A stretch of DNA of 54,447 bases from a virus (Duplodnaviria; Caudoviricetes), in IMG/VR virus record IMGVR_UViG_3300045579_000282, positions 1 to 54,447 of that record; one strand, given 5' to 3'. The stretch's first letter is position 1. Every line of letters begins with the position of its first letter. The notes below the pieces were generated by a model that was given only the letters and a program-made list of their open reading frames with translations, was not told where the DNA came from and searched no databases. This document shows, piece after piece, positions 27,579 to 37,610 of the stretch. A program made the translations under genes and the position numbers.

Positions 27579-27947
27579 ATGCCGCGAAGTGCGCCCACTC
27601 CATGCCGATATCCAGGTTGCGCACAGGTGCTCAACGTGCCTGGTTACTGCGCCAATCACCAGTCGCAAGTGCACCGTGAATACGGGCGTGCGCGCAGAGG
27701 GTTTGATACGGAGCTGGGCTTTTATCAATCGGCCAGGTGGCGCAACACCCGTGCAGCGGTGTTACGGGATAACCCGCTTTGCTGCAGGTGCCAGGCCAAG
27801 GGGCTGTTGCAAGCGGCCAAGGTCGTTGACCACATCGTTCCAGTCAAAGACGGCGGTGAGCGCTTTGAGCGAGCGAACCTGCAGAGCCTGTGCGTGCCCT
27901 GTCACAACGCGAAGACCGCGTCAGAGACCGCGTCCTCGCGCCAGTGA
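27579..27947 (+). CDS. Terminase-associated HNH endonuclease
   Basis: CCRC..VDHIVP...NLQSLCVPCHNAKT directly upstream of terS. Confidence 0.92.
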   Translation: MPRSAPTPCRYPGCAQVLNVPGYCANHQSQVHREYGRARRGFDTELGFYQSARWRNTRAAVLRDNPLCCRCQAKGLLQAAKVVDHIVPVKDGGERFERANLQSLCVPCHNAKTASETASSRQ

Positions 27948-27949
27948 CC

Positions 27950-28060
27950 CCGTCCTGAGGGGGTAGGGGGGATGAATCTCTACAGACTGCCGCCCAAGAT
28001 GCGTTGGCCTGCGCAAATTTTTGTGCGTGCAAATTGAACAAGGGGGGTATCCCCCAAAGC
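27950..28060. other. Probable cos/packaging region
   Basis: G-rich intergenic stretch (GGGGGTAGGGGGG ... GGGGGGTATCCCC) between HNH and terS, where cos sites lie in HK97/P27-like phages; cut site not determined. Confidence 0.35.
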
Positions 28061-28110
28061 CTGCAGAAAAGGCCGTGCATCAGATGAACATCAAACCAAG
28101 CGGGTGATTT

Positions 28111-28572
28111 ATGGGTGGACGCAAGCCGCTACCGACTCAAGTCAAACAGATCAAAGGGACCTTGCAGCCATGCCGGACCAACTACCACGAGCCTGTCCCA
28201 GAGGGCTTGCTGGTCGAGCCCCCGGACTACATGCCAGAGGGTGCCAAAGCCGCTTGGCGCTACGCACTTGAATGTGCTCCGCCCACGCTGATCCGCAAGC
28301 TCGACATGTCCGTGCTGGAGATCTGGGCTTGTGCAGCAGATCTCTACCGGCAGGCCCAGACGGGCATCGGCAAAACCGGTCTCTTGGTAAAGGCGCCTCA
28401 CAGCGGCGTGCCCATGCAGTCCCCTTACCTGGCCATTGCGAACAAGCAAGCCCAGATCATGACCAAAGCTGCGATCGAGATGGGATTTACCCCGGCATCT
28501 CGCTCGCGCATCTCCATTCCAAACGAACGCCCGGGCGAGGAGCTCGATCTCTGGGAGGACATCGTGGGTTGA
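28111..28572 (+). CDS. terS: Terminase small subunit, P27 family
   Basis: GRKPLPT N-terminus, QSPYLAIANK, EMGFTPASRSRI. Confidence 0.92.
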   Translation: MGGRKPLPTQVKQIKGTLQPCRTNYHEPVPEGLLVEPPDYMPEGAKAAWRYALECAPPTLIRKLDMSVLEIWACAADLYRQAQTGIGKTGLLVKAPHSGVPMQSPYLAIANKQAQIMTKAAIEMGFTPASRSRISIPNERPGEELDLWEDIVG

Positions 28573-28588
28573 CCCAAAGGGACACAGG

Positions 28589-30295
28589 ATGAGCACATAC
28601 GCCGCGAGCGCCAAACAATATGCCGAGCGCGTTGTCTCTCATGAGATCCTGACCTGCGAGTGGGTCCAGAAAGCCTGCAAACGCCAGCTCGATGACCTGA
28701 TCCGCTTCAAACGCAAGAGCAGTCTCTACCAGTTCAACCCGGAACTGCTGGACCGCTACGGCAGGCCCTACAGGCCAGCGGACAACCTTTGCGCCTTCAT
28801 TGAGCGACTGCCCCACGTCAAAGGCCCACTGGCCAGCAAGATGATCGTTCTGGAGCCCTGGCAGGTGTTCATCCTGTCCACGGTCTTTGGGTGGGTTAAA
28901 TCGGACGGCAAGCGCCGCTTCAGGCGCTCCTACATCGAGGTGCCTCGGGGCAACGCCAAGTCCACCCTCTCCTCGGCGGTTGGCCTGTACATGCTGGCGG
29001 CCGACCGCGAGGGCGGGGCTGAGGTGTATTCGCTGGCCACCACCCGCGATCAGGCCCGCATCGTCTTTGGCGATGCCCAGACCATGGCGCGCCTGAGCCC
29101 GGGTTTTAGGAACCGTTTTGCCGTGAATGTCGGGGCGCACAACATGCATGTCTTGCAAACCGGCTCCAAGTTCGAGGCGCTCTCGGCAGAAGGCTCCACG
29201 CTCGACGGCTTGAACATCCACTTCGGTTGCATCGACGAGTTGCACGCCCACAAGACCCGAACGGTCTATGACGTGGTGGAGACCGGTACCGGTAAGCGGG
29301 ACAACTCACTGCTGTGGGTCATCACCACGGCTGGCAGCAACCGATCGGGCATTTGCTATGAGGTCCGAAGCTTTGTCACCAAGCTGCTCAACCGGGTGTT
29401 CGAAGACGACTCCCAGTTCGGAATCATCTACGGGCTCGATGAAGGTGATGACTGGGCGGCCAAGGACTCGCTCATCAAAGCCAACCCCAACTGGGGAATC
29501 TCGGTGCGCGAGGAGATTCTGGTGCCCCTGCAGGCCAAGGCCATGCAGTTGCCCAGCGCGGTCAACAACTTCAAGACCAAGCACCTCAACGAATGGGTGA
29601 GTGCAGACACGGCCTGGATGGACATGCGGTCCTGGGACGCCAGTGCCAACCCCGATCTCGAGCTCGATCAGTTCCTGGGCCAGCCCTGCTGGCTTGGTCT
29701 GGATCTGGCCAGCAAGACGGACATCGCAGCGCTCGTCATGGTGTTCGAGCACCCTGACACACCAGACGCATACGCGGTGTTTTGCAAGTACTACCTGCCT
29801 GAGGACACGGTTCAAGCAGCGGGTAACAGCCAATACGAGGGCTGGGCCCATACAGGACGCCTCTCGGTGACGCCGGGCAACGTGATCGACTTCAGCTGGA
29901 TTGAGGCCGATCTGCTGGACATTTCGTCGCGGTTTTCTGTGCAAGCTGTGGCCTTTGACCCGTTCCAGGCCACGCAGCTGTCCACACGGATGTTGTCCGA
30001 GGGCCTGCCCATGATTGAAGTGCGCCCCACGGTGCTGAACTTCAGCGAGCCGATGAAGACGCTTGAGGCCTTGGTCCTGCAAAAGAAGCTCGTTCATGAC
30101 GGGGACCCGGTGCTCGCCTGGATGGCCAGCAACGTGGTTGCCCACACGGACGTCAAAGACAACATCTATCCAAGGAAGGAAAGACCAGAAAACAAGATAG
30201 ACGGCATCGTGGCACTGATCATGGCCCTCTCACGGGCGATCAAACCGGGCGAATCGGTGGTGCTGGGATCCGACTACGAGTTGATGGTGCTCTGA
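28589..30295 (+). CDS. terL: Terminase large subunit
   Basis: LEPWQ, Walker A PRGNAKST, Walker B IDELHAH, nuclease GLDLAS, KIDGIVALIMA. Confidence 0.96.
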   Translation: MSTYAASAKQYAERVVSHEILTCEWVQKACKRQLDDLIRFKRKSSLYQFNPELLDRYGRPYRPADNLCAFIERLPHVKGPLASKMIVLEPWQVFILSTVFGWVKSDGKRRFRRSYIEVPRGNAKSTLSSAVGLYMLAADREGGAEVYSLATTRDQARIVFGDAQTMARLSPGFRNRFAVNVGAHNMHVLQTGSKFEALSAEGSTLDGLNIHFGCIDELHAHKTRTVYDVVETGTGKRDNSLLWVITTAGSNRSGICYEVRSFVTKLLNRVFEDDSQFGIIYGLDEGDDWAAKDSLIKANPNWGISVREEILVPLQAKAMQLPSAVNNFKTKHLNEWVSADTAWMDMRSWDASANPDLELDQFLGQPCWLGLDLASKTDIAALVMVFEHPDTPDAYAVFCKYYLPEDTVQAAGNSQYEGWAHTGRLSVTPGNVIDFSWIEADLLDISSRFSVQAVAFDPFQATQLSTRMLSEGLPMIEVRPTVLNFSEPMKTLEALVLQKKLVHDGDPVLAWMASNVVAHTDVKDNIYPRKERPENKIDGIVALIMALSRAIKPGESVVLGSDYELMVL

Positions 30296-30299
30296 CGTC

Positions 30300-31772
30300 A
30301 TGGGATTTTTTAACTTCTTTGACCGCTTCAGAGCTTCCACGAGCGATCGCTCACCCTGGGGGGACTTCTATTTCGAACCTGTTTCGGCTCGAAGCATCTC
30401 GGGCATGCGTGTCTCGGCCGATTCGGCCATGCGCCTGGCTGCGGTCTACGCTTGCGTGCGCATTCTCTCGGAGACCATGGCGTCGCTCCCCCTGGTGGTC
30501 TACCGGCCCCGCAAGGACGGCGGCAAGGACCGGGTGACGGACCACTGGCTCTACCAGTTGTTGGGCAAACGGCCCAACCGATACCAGAACCCATTCGAGT
30601 GGCGCGAGATGTTGCAGGGGCATCTGGCCTTGAGGGGTAACGCCTTCTGTCAGATCCTGGCCAACAGCCGGGGAGAGATTACCGAGCTGATCCCGATTCA
30701 CCCCGACCGGGTGCGGATGGAGCTGATGTCCTCTGGCGACTACCGCTACCGCATCCGGGATCAGGCAAGCTCCGAGATCGTCCTGCCGCGTGGGGAAATC
30801 TGGCATCTGAGGGGCCTGTCTTCGGATGGGCTGATTGGCCTGAGTCCCATTGAGCTATCGCGGGAAAGCCTGGGTATGGCGCTGGCCGCGCAGGACTACG
30901 GGGCTCGGTTTTTTTCCAACGATGCCAAACCCACAGGGGGCTGGATCGAGTTCCCAGGCAACTTCAAGGACCCGGAGGCCAAGCGGGTGTTTCGGGAGTC
31001 TTACCAGGCTGCTCAGTCCGGATCGAACCGGGGCAAGGTCCTGGTGCTTGAGAACGGCATGAAGTTCCATGAGGTGGGCGTCACGAACAAGGACGCACAG
31101 TTCCTGGAGCTGCGCAAATTCCAGATCACGGACATCGCCCGATTGTTCAGAGTGCCGCCACACATGATTGCGGATCTGGACCGGGCAACGTTTTCCAACA
31201 TCGAGCAGCAAAGCTTGGAATTCGTCATGCACACCATGACGCCCTGGGCTGAGCGCTGGGAGGCATCCATCGAATCTGACCTACTCCCAGATGGAGACGC
31301 CCTGGAGATCGAGTTTGACTTTGCCAATCTGATGCGAGGGGATGCGGCCAGCCGCTCGGCGTACTACCAAAGCGGCATCCAGAACGGCTGGCTCACCCGA
31401 AACGAGGCCCGCATCTCGGAAAACCTCAACCCGATCGCAGGGCTCGATCAACCGCTGCGGCCGCTGAACATGGTTGAAGAGGATGACGCAGAGGACGCGG
31501 AAATCGAATCTCAGGATTCCGACACCAATGCCAGTCCCGAGCCGGACCAGCAGCTGAGCCTGCGTCTTAGAAATCTGGTCGAGTCCAACGCCCAGCGACT
31601 GGCCCGTCGGATCTGCAAAAAAGGTGCGCTGGGCTCCAACGAAATCAACCTGATCGCCCAGACCTTCAGCCTTCCTCCATCGGCCGTGCAGGACTGGGCG
31701 CAGGGCGCTCCATCACTCGAGGATGAACCGGCGCTGTCCCGGTCCCTCATTCAATTGGGAATACACAAATGA
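30300..31772 (+). CDS. Portal protein, HK97 family
   Basis: AVYACVRILSETMASLP, LRGNAF, IARLFRVPPHMI, SNIEQQ, TRNEAR. Confidence 0.95.
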   Translation: MGFFNFFDRFRASTSDRSPWGDFYFEPVSARSISGMRVSADSAMRLAAVYACVRILSETMASLPLVVYRPRKDGGKDRVTDHWLYQLLGKRPNRYQNPFEWREMLQGHLALRGNAFCQILANSRGEITELIPIHPDRVRMELMSSGDYRYRIRDQASSEIVLPRGEIWHLRGLSSDGLIGLSPIELSRESLGMALAAQDYGARFFSNDAKPTGGWIEFPGNFKDPEAKRVFRESYQAAQSGSNRGKVLVLENGMKFHEVGVTNKDAQFLELRKFQITDIARLFRVPPHMIADLDRATFSNIEQQSLEFVMHTMTPWAERWEASIESDLLPDGDALEIEFDFANLMRGDAASRSAYYQSGIQNGWLTRNEARISENLNPIAGLDQPLRPLNMVEEDDAEDAEIESQDSDTNASPEPDQQLSLRLRNLVESNAQRLARRICKKGALGSNEINLIAQTFSLPPSAVQDWAQGAPSLEDEPALSRSLIQLGIHK

Positions 31773-32710
31773 ACAGACAACTCCTGCTCTCCGAATTTTT
31801 GACCACCCCCTGGGCCCTGATGCCCGAGCGGCTGCAGGCCATGGCCGGGGTCTTGACCCGCTGGTCTGCGGGCGAGCCGCCAACTGACGAAGCCATGTTT
31901 CAGATCCAGTCGGACCGGGTGCTGCGCGATACCCGCAAACAGATGGCTGCTGCAAATGCTGGCTCTGGCATTGCCGTGCTGCCCCTGTATGGCGTGGTCA
32001 CGCAGCGGGGCAACATGATTGATGACATCTCTGGCCCTGGCAGCACCAGCACCCAGCAATTCACCTCGGCCTTGCGCCAGGTCCTGGCCGACGACACGGT
32101 GGGCCAGATCCTGATCGACATTGATAGCCCTGGCGGCAGCGTTTATGGCGTGGCCGAACTGGCCTCGGAGATCGTCAAAGCCCGAGCCCAGAAACCTGTG
32201 GTTGCCGTGGCTAACAGCCTGGCTGCCTCGGCGGCTTACTGGATTGGCTGTTCTGCCAGTGAGTTCTATGTCACCCCAGGAGGTGAGGTGGGCTCCATTG
32301 GCGTGTGGCAGGCGCACTTTGACTATTCCAAAGCACTGGAAGAAGAGGGCGTCAAAACCACCCTGGTCTCGGCTGGCAAGTTCAAGGTCGAGGGCAACCC
32401 CTATGTGCCGCTGGACCCGCAGGCCCAGGCCTTCATGCAGTCCCGCGTGGACGACTACTACAACGCCTTCATCCAGGCTGTGGCTGTCGGCCGGGGCGTG
32501 TCGGTCGACGATGTCCGAAACGGCATGGGCGAAGGCCGGGTGCTCGGCGCTGATGCTGCCCTGGCGCAGCGCATGGTCGATGGCATCGCGTCCTTCGACG
32601 ACGTTCTGGCCCGTATGCAGGCCAAGGTCACAGGCAACGCCGTTCGCAGCCAGCCTCTGAAAAGCCATTCCCGCCTGAAACAGGCGCGGGACGCTCTCGC
32701 ACTGGTTTGA
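31769..32710 (+). CDS. S49-family prohead protease
   Basis: DIDSPGG, AASAAYWI, GSIGV, GKFK motifs. Confidence 0.92.
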   Translation: MNRQLLLSEFLTTPWALMPERLQAMAGVLTRWSAGEPPTDEAMFQIQSDRVLRDTRKQMAAANAGSGIAVLPLYGVVTQRGNMIDDISGPGSTSTQQFTSALRQVLADDTVGQILIDIDSPGGSVYGVAELASEIVKARAQKPVVAVANSLAASAAYWIGCSASEFYVTPGGEVGSIGVWQAHFDYSKALEEEGVKTTLVSAGKFKVEGNPYVPLDPQAQAFMQSRVDDYYNAFIQAVAVGRGVSVDDVRNGMGEGRVLGADAALAQRMVDGIASFDDVLARMQAKVTGNAVRSQPLKSHSRLKQARDALALV

Positions 32711-32847
32711 TGCTGGTCTGATTTCAACCCTTTTCCTTGCGGCCCTCCGTTGAGGGCTGCGCCCCCCTGCGACCCGTTGGTCGTGATCCCTATCGCCGCC
32801 TTGAGTCTTTTCGACCAGGCGGCTTTTTCATTTCTGGAGATAAACCA

Positions 32848-34164
32848 ATGAGCAAGCAATTGCGTGAGCTTCAAGCTCGCAAAGCCACCCTGGTCAAGGA
32901 CGCACGCGCCCTGACCGATATCGCTGCCGCTGAGCAGCGCGACATGAACGACGAAGAGGTCGCAGCCTTCGAAGCCCTCAAGGCCAAGATCGAAGCGACA
33001 TCAAACGCCATTGACCGGGAATCTGCTCTGATCTTTGAGGAGGCGCAGATGAACCATCCCTCTCAACTGACCACGGCCTCCGTGATCACGGTGGTGGACA
33101 ACGCTGCCGCTGACCCCAAGCACGGCTTCAAGAGCGTGGGCGACTTCCTCAAGACCGTGCGCCAAGCGCAAAACCCCGGCGCCTCCATCGATGAGCGCCT
33201 GCTGATCGGCTCGGGCCGAAACGCTGTGGCGCCTGCCACCTTCGGCAATGAAGGCTCGGCCCAGGACGGCGGCTTTCTGGTGCCGCCTCAGTTCGCCCAG
33301 GAAATCTTCCAGTTGTCTCTGGGCGAGGACTCCCTGCTGCCCATGACCGACAACGTGGAGATCACGGGCAACACCATGGCCTTCCCCAAGGACGAGAGCA
33401 CGCCCTGGGGCACCAACGGCATCCGTGCCTACTGGCAAGGTGAGGCCGCTTCGGCCAACGGTACCAAGCCGGTGCTTGGCCTGTCGACCCTGCGCCTCAA
33501 AAAGCTCATGGCCTTGGTGCCAGTGACCGACGAGTTGCTGGACGACACCAATGCCCTGTCGACCTACCTGCCCGACAAAATCGCCACTTCCATTCGCTGG
33601 AAGACCAACGAGTCGATCCTGTTCGGCTCGGGCACTGGCCTGCCGGTGGGCTGCATGAGCAACGCCACCACAGTGACCGTGGCCAAGGAATCGGGTCAGG
33701 CCACGCAGACGCTGCTGGCGCAGAACCTGGCCAAGATGATCTCGCGCCTGCCACCCGGCTCGTTTGGCAAGTCGGTCTGGATCGTCAACAACGACGTGCT
33801 CCCGGCGCTCTTCACGCTGACCCTGGGCAACTACCCGATCTACCTGCCCACCGGCATGAACCCGGGTGGCATTCAGGTCTCGCCCTACGGCACGCTGCTC
33901 GGCCGTCCGGTGATCGTCTCCCAGCACGCCAACACCTTCTCCTCTGCAGGCGATGTGCTCCTGGCGGACCTGTCGTACTACCAGACCATCACCAAGGCGG
34001 GGGGCATGCAGACAGCCACTTCCATGCACCTGTACTTCGATGCGGACCTCACGGCTTTCCGCACCACGTTCCGCATGGATGGCCAATCCAAGATCGCTGC
34101 GCCGATCACCCCCGCCAAGGGCAACACGACCCTGTCGCCCTTTGTCCAACTGGGCGCTCGCTGA
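32848..34164 (+). CDS. Major capsid protein, HK97 fold with N-terminal coiled-coil delta domain
   Basis: GGAG RBS before ATG 32848; DGGFLVP, TLLGRPV, position after protease. Confidence 0.93.
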   Translation: MSKQLRELQARKATLVKDARALTDIAAAEQRDMNDEEVAAFEALKAKIEATSNAIDRESALIFEEAQMNHPSQLTTASVITVVDNAAADPKHGFKSVGDFLKTVRQAQNPGASIDERLLIGSGRNAVAPATFGNEGSAQDGGFLVPPQFAQEIFQLSLGEDSLLPMTDNVEITGNTMAFPKDESTPWGTNGIRAYWQGEAASANGTKPVLGLSTLRLKKLMALVPVTDELLDDTNALSTYLPDKIATSIRWKTNESILFGSGTGLPVGCMSNATTVTVAKESGQATQTLLAQNLAKMISRLPPGSFGKSVWIVNNDVLPALFTLTLGNYPIYLPTGMNPGGIQVSPYGTLLGRPVIVSQHANTFSSAGDVLLADLSYYQTITKAGGMQTATSMHLYFDADLTAFRTTFRMDGQSKIAAPITPAKGNTTLSPFVQLGAR

Positions 34165-34194
34165 GCTGGCGCCTGACCATCAAGGAGAAATCAC

Positions 34195-34644
34195 ATGTTT
34201 CCCAATGCAAAAGGCAGCGAGCTGTTCTCGGTTCTGGCCACCATCGACCCGGCCAGCCAGGCCGTCGGCACCACCTCGACCGGCTGGATCTCGGCCGGTA
34301 ACCACCACAACCTGCTGGCGCTCATCCAAAGCGGCGCTCTGGGCACCAACGCCACGCTGGATGCCAAGCTCCAGCAGGCTCAGGACGCCTCGGGCACCGG
34401 TGCCAAGGACCTGACCGGCAAGGCCATTTCGCAGCTCACCCAGGCTGCCAGTGGCTCGGCCAAGCAGGCGCTGATCAACCTGCGCCCGGATGACCTGGAT
34501 GTGACCAACGGCTATGCCTTTGTGCGACTGTCGGTGACCGTGGGCGTGGCCGCCAGTCTGACGGCAGCCCAGGTGTTTGGCGTCAATCCCCGGTTTGCGC
34601 CGGGCGACGCCAATAACCAGGCCGCTGTGGTCCAGGTGGTCTAA
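34195..34644 (+). CDS. Putative head decoration/accessory protein
   Basis: Small Ala/Thr-rich ORF after capsid gene with AAGGAG RBS. Confidence 0.6.
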   Translation: MFPNAKGSELFSVLATIDPASQAVGTTSTGWISAGNHHNLLALIQSGALGTNATLDAKLQQAQDASGTGAKDLTGKAISQLTQAASGSAKQALINLRPDDLDVTNGYAFVRLSVTVGVAASLTAAQVFGVNPRFAPGDANNQAAVVQVV

Positions 34645-34664
34645 GGCATCGGGGAGAGCAATGC

Positions 34665-35288
34665 ATGCCTATGCAGTTGATCACCCCGCCTGCAGGAGAG
34701 CCGGTTTCGCTTGCCGAAGCCAAGCTCCACCTGCGGGTGGACTTCGATGACGACGACAGCCTGATCCAGGTCCTGATCTCGGCTGCCCGACAGGCAGCCG
34801 AGACGCTGACCAATCGGCAACTTGTCACGGCGCGCTGGCGGATGGTGCTCGACAGCTTTCCTGGACCCAGCCTGATGGGTGTGCCCGCAGGGCAGACATT
34901 CACGCTCCCTGGACATGCTGTTCTGCTGCCCAAGTCGCCCGTGCAGTCGGTGGTGGAAATCCGCTATCTGGACATGGCCGGTGCCTGGCAGGTCATGCCA
35001 GCAGCGAACTACACCGTTGACAGTGCCTGCGAGCCTGCCCGCATCACCCCCGTGTTCGGGCAGATCTGGCCGATTTCCCTGCCTCAGATCGGGGCCGTGA
35101 GCGTGATCTTTGATGCCGGATATGGCGATGCTTCGGCCGTGCCCGAGGGCATCAAGACCTGGATCAAGCTGCGCCTGGGCTCTCTGTACGTTCACCGCGA
35201 GGAGGTGGCATCGATGACGCGAGGGCGCATTGACCCCTTGCCCTTCATCGATGGCCTGCTCGATCCCTACAAGGTACCTTGGATATGA
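34665..35288 (+). CDS. Head-tail connector (gp6-like)
   Basis: EPVSLAEAKLHLRVD..DDSLI..LISAAR; VPEGIK..HRE. Confidence 0.9.
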   Translation: MPMQLITPPAGEPVSLAEAKLHLRVDFDDDDSLIQVLISAARQAAETLTNRQLVTARWRMVLDSFPGPSLMGVPAGQTFTLPGHAVLLPKSPVQSVVEIRYLDMAGAWQVMPAANYTVDSACEPARITPVFGQIWPISLPQIGAVSVIFDAGYGDASAVPEGIKTWIKLRLGSLYVHREEVASMTRGRIDPLPFIDGLLDPYKVPWI

Positions 35289-35295
35289 GGCCTCT

Positions 35296-35646
35296 ATGAA
35301 CCCGATCGGAGCCGGAACGCTGGGCCGCCGCATCAAGATCCAGCGCCCCAGTACCGTCAAAGACAGCCTGGGCGCGCCCAGCCGCTCATGGATCGATGTG
35401 GCCACGATGTGGGCAGACATCCAGCCTTTGTCCGGACGAGAGGCTGTGATTGCCAGCCGGATCTCGGCCGAACTCACGCACCAGATCACGGTGCGCTACC
35501 AGAGCATTTTTGACAACCCTCAGCTGGTCGCCCAGTACAGGGTGCTCTACAGGTCGCGGATCTTCAACATCCACTCGGCCTTGAACGAGGACGAGAAACG
35601 CGTCCTGGTCATCCTGCTGGCCAGCGAGGGTCTGGACGATGGCTAA
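35296..35646 (+). CDS. Head closure / head-tail adaptor
   Basis: AGTLGRRIKIQ..WADIQPLSGRE..ITVRY. Confidence 0.88.
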   Translation: MNPIGAGTLGRRIKIQRPSTVKDSLGAPSRSWIDVATMWADIQPLSGREAVIASRISAELTHQITVRYQSIFDNPQLVAQYRVLYRSRIFNIHSALNEDEKRVLVILLASEGLDDG

Positions 35647-36139
35647 GCATGAACGCTTCAAGGTGGAGGGCTTGGCTGAATTGGCCCAAGCCCTGCGCGA
35701 ATTGCCTGATCGGGTGGCCAAGAACGGCCTGCGCGTCTCGGTCTATGCCGGGGCCAAGGTCATCCGCGATGAAGCCCGCATGCGTGCACCCAAAGCGGCC
35801 GTAGTCCTGGGACCGAATCAGCCGCCACCGGGCACGCTCAAGCGCTCGGTGATCATGAAACAGATCCCTGAGCTCTCCAACCTCACGCGCCAGACCTTCT
35901 TTGTGACGGTGCGCCACGGCAAGAAGTACCGCAAGCAGGGTAAGAAGGGCAACCTCTCCCAAGATGCCTGGTACTGGCGTTTCGTGGAATTTGGTACCCG
36001 AAAAATGCGCGCACGCCCATTCCTGAGGCCTGCCCTGGAAGCCAAGCGGCGCGAAGCGGTACAGGCCATGAAGGACCGGTTGAGTGAGCGCATCGAGATC
36101 GAAGCCAAGAACCTTTACAGAGGTCAACAGAGGAAGTAG
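35639..36139 (+). CDS. HK97 gp10-family tail morphogenesis protein
   Basis: GTLKRS, YWRFVEFGTRKMRARPFLRPA. Confidence 0.9.
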   Translation: MAKHERFKVEGLAELAQALRELPDRVAKNGLRVSVYAGAKVIRDEARMRAPKAAVVLGPNQPPPGTLKRSVIMKQIPELSNLTRQTFFVTVRHGKKYRKQGKKGNLSQDAWYWRFVEFGTRKMRARPFLRPALEAKRREAVQAMKDRLSERIEIEAKNLYRGQQRK

Positions 36140-36141
36140 CC

Positions 36142-36492
36142 GTGCAGGATTTCTTTGACGCCATCAAGGATCTGGCTGGGGGTGAGGTCTACGCGCTTGT
36201 CGCTGCAGAAAACACCCAGTACCCGGCCATCGTCTACACGCCCATCGTGCAGGAGCACATCTTTGGCATCGATGGACCGCATGGCCTGCAGCGCGTGCGC
36301 GTGCAGGTCGACACCTACGCCAGAACGTACCAGGAAGCCTTGCACTTGCAAGACCAGGTCCTGGCTGCGCTGCTGGCGGACAAGAGCACCGTCGCCGATG
36401 TGCGCATGGGGCTCAGTGAATTTGAAGATCAGGCCCGGCTGTACCGGGTGAGCGTGGACTACACCTACCACCGGCCGGTGGGTTCACCGTGA
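36142..36492 (+). CDS. Tail terminator (DUF3168-like)
   Basis: YPAIVY..RVQVDTYA; position before tail tube gene. Confidence 0.8.
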   Translation: MQDFFDAIKDLAGGEVYALVAAENTQYPAIVYTPIVQEHIFGIDGPHGLQRVRVQVDTYARTYQEALHLQDQVLAALLADKSTVADVRMGLSEFEDQARLYRVSVDYTYHRPVGSP

Positions 36493-36508
36493 AACAAGGA
36501 GCATCTGC

Positions 36509-36919
36509 ATGAGCAGCACCGCAATCACCGCGCAGGGCATTGCCATTGCCCGGTTTGGCACCACCGCCTTTGAAACCATCCCTAACGTGGTCTCGTTTCA
36601 AGGCCCTGGCGGGCAGGCCGCCGTGATCGACGTGACCAATCTGGCGTCTACCGCCAAGGAAAAGCGCGTGGGCCTGCGTGACGAGGGTCAGTTGTCTCTG
36701 ACCCTGCACTACAACCCCGACGATCTGGTGCACCAAGGCCTGAGAACCGATCGTGCCAACCGGGTACGACGTCAGTTCAAGATCACTTTCACCGACACCA
36801 ACCCTGCCACCTGGACCTTCTACGGCTATGTCACGCACTTCAGCGTGCAAGGCGGTGTGGATGCGGTTGTGCAGGCCTCCGTGACCATCGAAATCGATGG
36901 CGACATCACCGAAACTTAA
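36509..36919 (+). CDS. Tail tube protein
   Basis: IDVTNL..GLRDEGQLS..FYGYV..VTIEIDG; AAGGAG RBS. Confidence 0.85.
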   Translation: MSSTAITAQGIAIARFGTTAFETIPNVVSFQGPGGQAAVIDVTNLASTAKEKRVGLRDEGQLSLTLHYNPDDLVHQGLRTDRANRVRRQFKITFTDTNPATWTFYGYVTHFSVQGGVDAVVQASVTIEIDGDITET

Positions 36920-36933
36920 AGAGAGACACCCCC

Positions 36934-37272
36934 ATGTTGACCCGTGAACAAATCCTGCAGAGCGACGATCTGCCCCGTGAAACTGTCCAAGTCCCGGAGT
37001 GGGGCGGTGAGGTGCAGGTGCGCACCATGACCGGTACCGACCGTGATGCCTTTGAGGCCAGCTTGATTGGCAAGGAAGGCCGCCTTGAGAACGTCCGTGC
37101 CCGCCTGGTCTCGCTCACCTTGTGTGATGAGACTGGCAACCGTCTTTTCAGCGATGGTGATATCACGGCGCTCGGTGGCAAGAGCGCGAAGGCACTGGAC
37201 CGTGTGTTTGCCGTGTCCCAGCGTCTGAACGGCATTGGCGCTGATCAGGTGGATAGCGCAAAAAACGCCTGA
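36934..37272 (+). CDS. Tail assembly chaperone (G-like)
   Basis: VPEWGGEV..; ends with slippery A AAA AAC. Confidence 0.85.
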   Translation: MLTREQILQSDDLPRETVQVPEWGGEVQVRTMTGTDRDAFEASLIGKEGRLENVRARLVSLTLCDETGNRLFSDGDITALGGKSAKALDRVFAVSQRLNGIGADQVDSAKNA

Positions 37273-37610
37273 TCGCCCATCCTTCGCGGCGCTTTGTGTT
37301 TCGGCTGGCGCTGGCTTTGGGCCTGCCGGTGCGCGAGATGCTCGCATCGATGGGATCGGATGAGTTGACCGAGTGGATGGCGTACTACCAACTCGAGCCC
37401 TTTGGGGACTACCGGGCCGACTACAGGTCCGGCGTGGTGGCCTCCACCGTTGCCAATGCCCACCGGGCCAAGGATGCGGGGCCGTTTCGGCCAGAGGACT
37501 TCATGCCATTCCTCGAAAAACCGCAACACACACAACCTCAAGACGAAACACAGCTCAATGTGGCCCGGTTCAAGGCCATGTTCGCGCATAAGGTGATGAA
37601 GCATGGCTGA
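37260..37610 (+). CDS. Tail assembly chaperone frameshift extension (T-like), via -1 frameshift
   Basis: -1 frame is open from 37260 through 37610 (LALALG..EWMAYYQLEPFG). Confidence 0.8.
   Translation, partial: KKRLIAHPSRRFVFRLALALGLPVREMLASMGSDELTEWMAYYQLEPFGDYRADYRSGVVASTVANAHRAKDAGPFRPEDFMPFLEKPQHTQPQDETQLNVARFKAMFAHKVMKHG

Noticed and set aside
33001-34149. 382-aa antisense ORF within capsid gene
   Set aside because: Shadow ORF opposite a well-supported gene.
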